Positions 58,760 to 64,000 of a stretch of DNA of 64,000 nt are shown here, in pieces. Source of the stretch: an uncultured delta proteobacterium (GTDB lineage Bacteria > Myxococcota_A > UBA9160 > UBA4427); assembly GCA_963822965.1 (NCBI GenBank), contig CAWGJT010000005.1, forward strand, positions 1,824,001 through 1,888,000. The letters run 5' to 3'. The translations under genes were made by a program, and so were the position numbers. Position 1 is the stretch's first letter, and every line of letters begins with the position of its first letter. The notes below the pieces were generated by a model that saw only the letters and a program-made list of their open reading frames with translations, did no database searches and was not told the DNA's origin.

Positions 58760-59266
58760 TCAACGGCCCAATTCAGTGGCGCTCCACATTGGAAGCATGC
58801 CGGCTGCCTGCGCGACGACCAGCACCAGAATCAGCAAGCTGGCGCCGATCGCACCCCACGCAAGGAGGGGCCGCGACCTTGACGGACCGCCAACAACCGT
58901 GGTGCCAGCGAGGAGCAGCGGCGTAAGCCCCACCGTGAGCGCTGTATAGATTAGAGAGAACAACCAGACGGACGACGAGACCGCGATCGCACTGGCACCG
59001 GGGTTGAGCCGGACCAGGTATTCCGATTCGGTCACTTCGCCGAGCAACGCGGTTCCCCCAATAGCGAACGAGAACGACGAAAATGCAAACCAGTTGACCG
59101 CCACGAGGCTCCATACCAGCGGGCGGAGGCGCGAACCCGAGTCCTCGGCGGGCGACTCGATCCGCCGCGAACGCGGTCGAAGGACCGCACTGGCGGATCG
59201 CCCCGCCATGACGATACAGAGAACGAGAAGGAGAACAGAGATGAGGAGACCAAGAATCCTGTGCAC
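58760..59266 (-). CDS. 4-TM hypothetical protein, candidate Rhs immunity
   Basis: Directly downstream of an Rhs C-terminus; lower GC; hydrophobic helices. Confidence 0.6.
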   Translation of the reverse strand: MHRILGLLISVLLLVLCIVMAGRSASAVLRPRSRRIESPAEDSGSRLRPLVWSLVAVNWFAFSSFSFAIGGTALLGEVTESEYLVRLNPGASAIAVSSSVWLFSLIYTALTVGLTPLLLAGTTVVGGPSRSRPLLAWGAIGASLLILVLVVAQAAGMLPMWSATELGR

Positions 59267-59291
59267 TGGCGCGTCCTCGCTTGGCGTGTGG

Positions 59292-59992
59292 TCACTTCTC
59301 GTACGCGCCTATGACAGTGGGATTCCCTTCCGACGGATAGCTGCTAGCGACGCGGGCAACAAGACCGTCTGTTGCACCGGAGTCTTCGCTCCCCAGTAGC
59401 GATCTGACAGCACCAGGGATCGAGATTCCGTAGCCGACACCTGCGTTGATAGCCAGGCTGGGCGTTGTCGCACCGAATTCGTAGACGTTTCCATCGCTCA
59501 CGCGTGTTGCCGATCCCGAAACGAGGAAGAGGTCACCTGTAGCGGAGAATCCAAAGCCTTCGAAACTGGCCGGCACGACGTCCGGATCAAAGCTGGCGAC
59601 TCCCCTCACGAACAGGGATGGCAAGGGATCGCCAACTCCCGCGCCGAGCTCAGGCGTGTAGATTACAGTGCCTTCCAAGCTCCGCCGTTCACCGCCGGAT
59701 CACGGCCAGCCACGAAGGTCACAGAGTGAACGGTATCGACCCCCGCGATCAGGCCTAGTGCGTACAGCGGCCAATCGACTCCGACTGTGATGCCTAGCGC
59801 CTCGTTACCCATGGGATCGCTGAACCGCAGCGGGTTGTTCCCCGCATACGCATACAGGTTCACGTCCCCGCCCGCGAACCCCAGCGGGTCCGGCGACAGG
59901 AAGCGGCCCAGGTCCGGGTCGTAGTAGCGGGCCCGGTAGTAGTAGAGCCCCGTGCCCGCGTCGAGATCCCGACCCGTGTAGCGCAGCGCGTT
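59292..59992 (-). pseudogene. Rhs-associated core end plus C-terminal toxin region (module C, distal half; frameshift near 59680)
   Basis: NALRYTGRDLDAGTGLYYYRARYYDPDLGRFLSPDP...NNPLRFSDPMG, then a divergent CT. Confidence 0.85.
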
Positions 59993-60615
59993 TGAGGAAG
60001 AGCCCGAGACAGCGGATCGCCGACCAGGGGCTCACGCGCCTCTCGAAGCTCTTCGAGATCGAGCGCGAGTACAAGAATGAGACGCCTGCCGAGCGCCATC
60101 GGCTGCGCAAGGAGAAGCTCGGCCCGAGGCTCGACGAGCTCGCCGAGTGGCGGGCGGGCGTGAAGGACCGGGTTCCGCCCACCAGTCTCACGGGCAAGGC
60201 GCTGGGCTATCTCGAGAACCAGTGGCCGCGGCTCGTGCGCGTGCTCGAGGACGGGCGACTCGAGCTCTCGACGAACGCGATCGAGCGAGCGATCCGCCCG
60301 TTCGTCGTCGGTCGCAAGGGCTGGCTGTTCGCCGACACGCCGCGGGGGGCGACGGCCAGTGCCCGCCTCTACAGCCTGGTCGAGACGGCCAAGGCCAACG
60401 GGGTCGAGCCCTGGGCGTACCTGGAGCGCCTGTTCACGCTGCTACCGCTGGCCACGGACCGCGCCGCCTACGAGGCTCTCCTGCCCTGGCGCATCGAGCT
60501 GCCCGAGCACCACGCCGCGCGCTGATCGCCGCCGGCCCCGATCCTCTCGACTCGGTCACGATGGCACGGAGCCCTCGACGGGAATCGGCCGCGCATGGGT
60601 TCGTGGAGCGCGTAC
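59993..60615 (+). mobile_element. IS66-family remnant: C-terminal TnpC fragment (to 60525) and right end
   Basis: ELSTNAIERAIRPFVVGRKGWLF...YSLVETAKANGVEP; end GGGTTCGTGGAGCGCGTAC resembles an IS66 terminal IR. Confidence 0.88.
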
Positions 60616-61005
60616 GTGCTGCCACCACCTCGTCGATCACCGAGCCGCGCAGGTACTTCGCCTGCAGATTGCCCCCGCCGTCGTAGATCGCCTCGAGGTG
60701 CTCGCCCTCCAGGTGCATCGCCTGGGGGCCGCCCGCTCCCGCCCGACCAATCCGGTAGCCGAGCGGGTCGTAGCCGAGCTGGCTGGTGCCGAACCGGCCG
60801 GTCGCCGTCACCACCTGGCCCCTGTCGTTGCGCGTGAGCCCGTAGACCAGGCCCCCTCGCCATCGCGGCGCGCCACGACCGCACCGTTGTCGTCGTACTC
60901 GAAGCTCGCCAGCAGGGCCCCGTTCTCGTCCGTCTCGCGAATCTCGTGCAACCGGTTCGCCGTCCCCGGCGCGAAGTATCGCGTGCCCGTGTTGGTGGTC
61001 AGCCC
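60616..61005 (-). pseudogene. Rhs core fragment (module C, proximal half; frameshift near 60852)
   Basis: TTNTGTRYF...ANRLHEI...FEYDDNGAV...GLTRNDRGQV...YLRGSVIDEVV, paralogous to about 62815-63195. Confidence 0.85.
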
Positions 61006-61098
61006 ACGGGGGCCCGGGAGCGGCGTCGAATTCAGCAGCCCGGTCCGGGCCATCAAACGCGGATCTGCTGACATCAGCGGGAGCTACGAGGGAATCCC

Positions 61099-61728
61099 TC
61101 ACCGGGTCAAGAAGAGAGCCCAGTCGTCGTCAAGGCTCTCGACGAGGGTGATCTCCTTGCCGAACAAGTAGTCGCCGACAGCCAGCCTCTCGCGCTTGTC
61201 GTTGCTGAACAGGAATCCGACCTTGACCCCGGGCACATACCCGGAGCGAACCAGAGCAACCCACCCAGGCGTCACTTCGGCACGTAGACAGCCGGCCTCT
61301 GCAACGGCTCGACTGGCAGGCTGAAGACTCGGCGAATCCACCGTCAGCGGGTTGATCGCCCAGGGCTCGCCACTACTCGCCTGGGACGCATCTCTGACGA
61401 GCCGATCGGCCAGGTCGTCGATTACACTTCGACGGATTTCGAGGTAGGTTCGCGCGCCAAGCCACCGAACGCGCCCCTGGACGCCTACGGCGATCGTCGC
61501 GGCCATCGCTAGCGCGAAGAAGGCCAGTAGCGCCTCTCGTCGCCGGGATCGCACGAGGAGGGACGAGAGCAGGAGAAGCAACCCGGATCCGACGACGCAA
61601 GCAGCGGTAGCGAGCAGGACCACGAAGTTCGAAACTCCGGGAATGAAGAACTCGGCGAACGAGATGACCAGGTGCGTAGCGACTCCAACGATGCCCGCGA
61701 TGCTTGCACCTCGAACGAGCCTCGTCAT
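61099..61728 (-). CDS. Membrane-anchored hypothetical protein, candidate immunity for module B
   Basis: Three N-terminal TMs plus a soluble domain; directly after the toxin CT. Confidence 0.65.
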   Translation of the reverse strand: MTRLVRGASIAGIVGVATHLVISFAEFFIPGVSNFVVLLATAACVVGSGLLLLLSSLLVRSRRREALLAFFALAMAATIAVGVQGRVRWLGARTYLEIRRSVIDDLADRLVRDASQASSGEPWAINPLTVDSPSLQPASRAVAEAGCLRAEVTPGWVALVRSGYVPGVKVGFLFSNDKRERLAVGDYLFGKEITLVESLDDDWALFLTR

Positions 61729-61815
61729 CGGAACACTAGACCACGGCAGTCGCTCGCTTGCCGCCGGGTGACGTGCGGGACCCTATTGGGCCGTTGGCTT
61801 CCCCCCGAGACCTGC

Positions 61816-63372
61816 CTACTTCGAGTACACCCGAGTTGCTTGCGGCTGACTCGTCTGGCTCGGGTACTGCATGAACGTCTGAGTGTTGAAGTCGGGCACA
61901 GCCGGAGTGTAGTTGAGGCCTGACGGACTCCAGTTGACACCACGATCAATCGCATGCTGGTCCCAGGAATCCTCGCCTCCTGCAAAGTACTCCCCTTGGA
62001 CCCACGCTCCGGCGTGCAGGAGGGGCCCGGGAATGCTTCGACTCGAGCCGACAGCCGCCCAGGCGACGTTTCCAGCGTAGTCGTGGGAGTACGCCTGGTC
62101 GTCGAAGACGTAGAAGTCTCCGTGTGAGAATGGGTTGTCGTGCTTGTAGTCATAGGCATGCCCCTCACGAGAGTTTGCGCCGAACTCCGCGAGATGAAGG
62201 GGCCACGCCGGCTCGAAGATCTCCAGGCCACCACCATCCTGCGCGACGATACCATCAACCATCGAGGCAGATACGTTGGCCGGCCAAGCTCCCCCAAAGC
62301 TCTCGTTGCCCAACGACTCCGCGACGTCCTGCGGTGCCGAATAGAAGGTCGATCCGTGTGCGCTGATCGGGCCCCGATACCCCTCGGCGAAGTCTCGAAT
62401 GCCGGGCGCAGCTACGTTGTCCACGATGGGCGACGGACTGCCCGCGGTCCAGTAGTAGTCCGCCAGCCCCATCGGATCGTTTGCCCCTAGCGGGTTGTTT
62501 CCGACATACGCATACAGGTTCACGTCCCCGCCCGCGAACCCCAGCGGATCCGGCGACAGGAAGCGGCCCAGGTCCGGGTCGTAGTAGCGCGCCCGGTAGT
62601 AGTAGAGGCCCGTGTCCGCGTCGAACTCCCGGCCCGTGTAGCGCAGCGCGCTCGGACTCCCGCCCGTCTGCGACACCAGCCCCCCGAATGGCGCGTACGT
62701 GACCTTCTCCTCCACGCTCCCCGCGTGCCCCGACAGCGCCAGCACCGACTCCAGCGCGTCGTGGTGGAACGTGTAGCTCGTGGTCCTGCCGGCGGCGTCC
62801 AGGTAGTCGCCCACCACCACCTCGTCGATCACCGAGCCCCGCAGGAACTTCGCCTGCAGCGACCCCGTTCCGTCGTAGATCGACTCGAGATGCTCCCCCT
62901 CCAGGTGGTACTGCTGCACCGCGCCCGCGGCCGTGCGCCGGACCCGGTAGCCGCGCGGGTCGTAGGCGTACTGGCTCGTCCCGAACGGACCCGTCGCCGA
63001 CGCCACCTGCCCCCGGTCGTTGCGCGTCAGCCCGTAGGCGAGGTTGCCCGAACCGTCCCGGCGCGCGGTCACCGCACCGTTGTCGTCGTACTCGAAGGTG
63101 GCGAGCAGCGGACCGTTCTCGTCGGTCTGGTGGATCGCCTCCAGCCGGTTCGCCACGCCCGTCACGAAGTAGCGCGTGCCCGCGTTCGTCGTCTCGATCT
63201 GGCGGTTGCCCACGGCGTCGTACGTGTACGAGACGTAGCTCGCGTCCCCGGGGTTGCCCACGAAGGTCAGGCGATTGAGCGCATCGTAGCCCCGCGCGAT
63301 GCCCACCCCGTCGTCCCAGATCCCCGTGATGTTGCCCGTGGCGTCGTGCCCGTAGGTGAGCGACGACACCAC
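61816..63372 (-). CDS. Orphan Rhs module B: YD repeats, Rhs core and Ntox44-like toxin C-terminus
   Basis: YD repeats; YTGRE...NNPLGANDPMG; CT motifs YDYK, GNVAWAAVG and EDSWDQHAIDRG. Confidence 0.85.
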   Translation of the reverse strand: MVSSLTYGHDATGNITGIWDDGVGIARGYDALNRLTFVGNPGDASYVSYTYDAVGNRQIETTNAGTRYFVTGVANRLEAIHQTDENGPLLATFEYDDNGAVTARRDGSGNLAYGLTRNDRGQVASATGPFGTSQYAYDPRGYRVRRTAAGAVQQYHLEGEHLESIYDGTGSLQAKFLRGSVIDEVVVGDYLDAAGRTTSYTFHHDALESVLALSGHAGSVEEKVTYAPFGGLVSQTGGSPSALRYTGREFDADTGLYYYRARYYDPDLGRFLSPDPLGFAGGDVNLYAYVGNNPLGANDPMGLADYYWTAGSPSPIVDNVAAPGIRDFAEGYRGPISAHGSTFYSAPQDVAESLGNESFGGAWPANVSASMVDGIVAQDGGGLEIFEPAWPLHLAEFGANSREGHAYDYKHDNPFSHGDFYVFDDQAYSHDYAGNVAWAAVGSSRSIPGPLLHAGAWVQGEYFAGGEDSWDQHAIDRGVNWSPSGLNYTPAVPDFNTQTFMQYPSQTSQPQATRVYSK

Positions 63373-63388
63373 CGTGCTGAATGACCGC

Positions 63389-64000
63389 TTACATATCCAC
63401 TTGCAACACCGCCGGCGAAGGCGGCGGTCGTCTCCGAGGCACCCAGCGCACCCACGACGTAGGTCGTGCCAGCACTTTCATCCGTGGCTGAGCTGCGGGA
63501 GATTGCGGTCCATCTTTGGATGGAGGGCGAGATGCGACGGCGCGAGGCCCCAGGGGAAACAGGGATCGTCGAGCGTGTAGGGCTCCTCCCGCCTCACTGT
63601 AGCCAGTGTTGTTCCAACTCGTGCGGCCGGTCCCAAGATCCAGGCCAACCTCAAAGTCAGCAACCTTCAGGAAACTCACTTTGGCGCTGAGTTGGTAGCC
63701 CGCTGAGATTTCACCCTGCGGGATATCTGCTAGCTCGCGCAAGACTCGCCGAACTCCCGAGAGTTCCGTGTGTTGTTGAACCAGCCCATCCGGATCACTC
63801 GCGATGAGCGGATTGTTCCCCGCATACGCATACAGGTTCACGTCGCCGCCGCCGAAGCCCAGCGGATCCTGTGACAGGAAGCCGCCCAGGTCCGGGTCGT
63901 AGTAGCGCGCCCGGTAGTAGTAGAGGCCCGTGTCCGCGTCGAGCTCCCGGCCCGTGTAGCGCAGCGCGTTCGGCGTCTCGCCCCAGTGCGTCAACACGCC
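63389..64000 (-). pseudogene. Rhs core end plus disrupted CT (module A; continues beyond the window)
   Basis: NALRYTGRELDADTGLYYYRARYYDP...NNPLIASDPDG; the CT appears to change frame and abuts module B. Confidence 0.8.

Noticed and set aside
1..64000. tRNA or rRNA genes
   Set aside because: None recognised by eye; a tRNAscan-SE/Infernal run would be needed to exclude them formally.

Overview
High-GC bacterial chromosomal window. The PEP-CTERM protein and gene repertoire suggest a deltaproteobacteria/Myxococcota-like organism, but this is inference. Most of it is housekeeping and metabolic genes: ptrB, a RegB/RegA-like pair, pyrE, pyrF, tgt, rnhA, an RluA-family synthase, cimA and glcDEF. Several carry single-base frameshifts that look like long-read indel errors. 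There are two lower-GC accessory regions. (1) At about 13.0-18.9 kb lies a minus-strand integron cassette array: four attC sites, a candidate attI and no integrase. One attC is split exactly by an IS1111-type IS110 element. Its ~500-nt 3' non-coding region holds what look like three paired guide loops: one matching the attC target, one matching the element's own circle junction, and a third specifying a different attC-like target. This candidate multi-target bridge/seekRNA is the top finding. (2) At about 58.3-64 kb lies an array of orphan Rhs core/C-terminal toxin modules, one Ntox44-like, with membrane-protein immunity candidates and an IS66 remnant. Also noted: a candidate Ile-sensing attenuator upstream of cimA, 68-bp and 67-bp tandem arrays, and two dispersed two-hairpin repeat families. 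All calls are from reading the sequence; no searches or folding programs were run.
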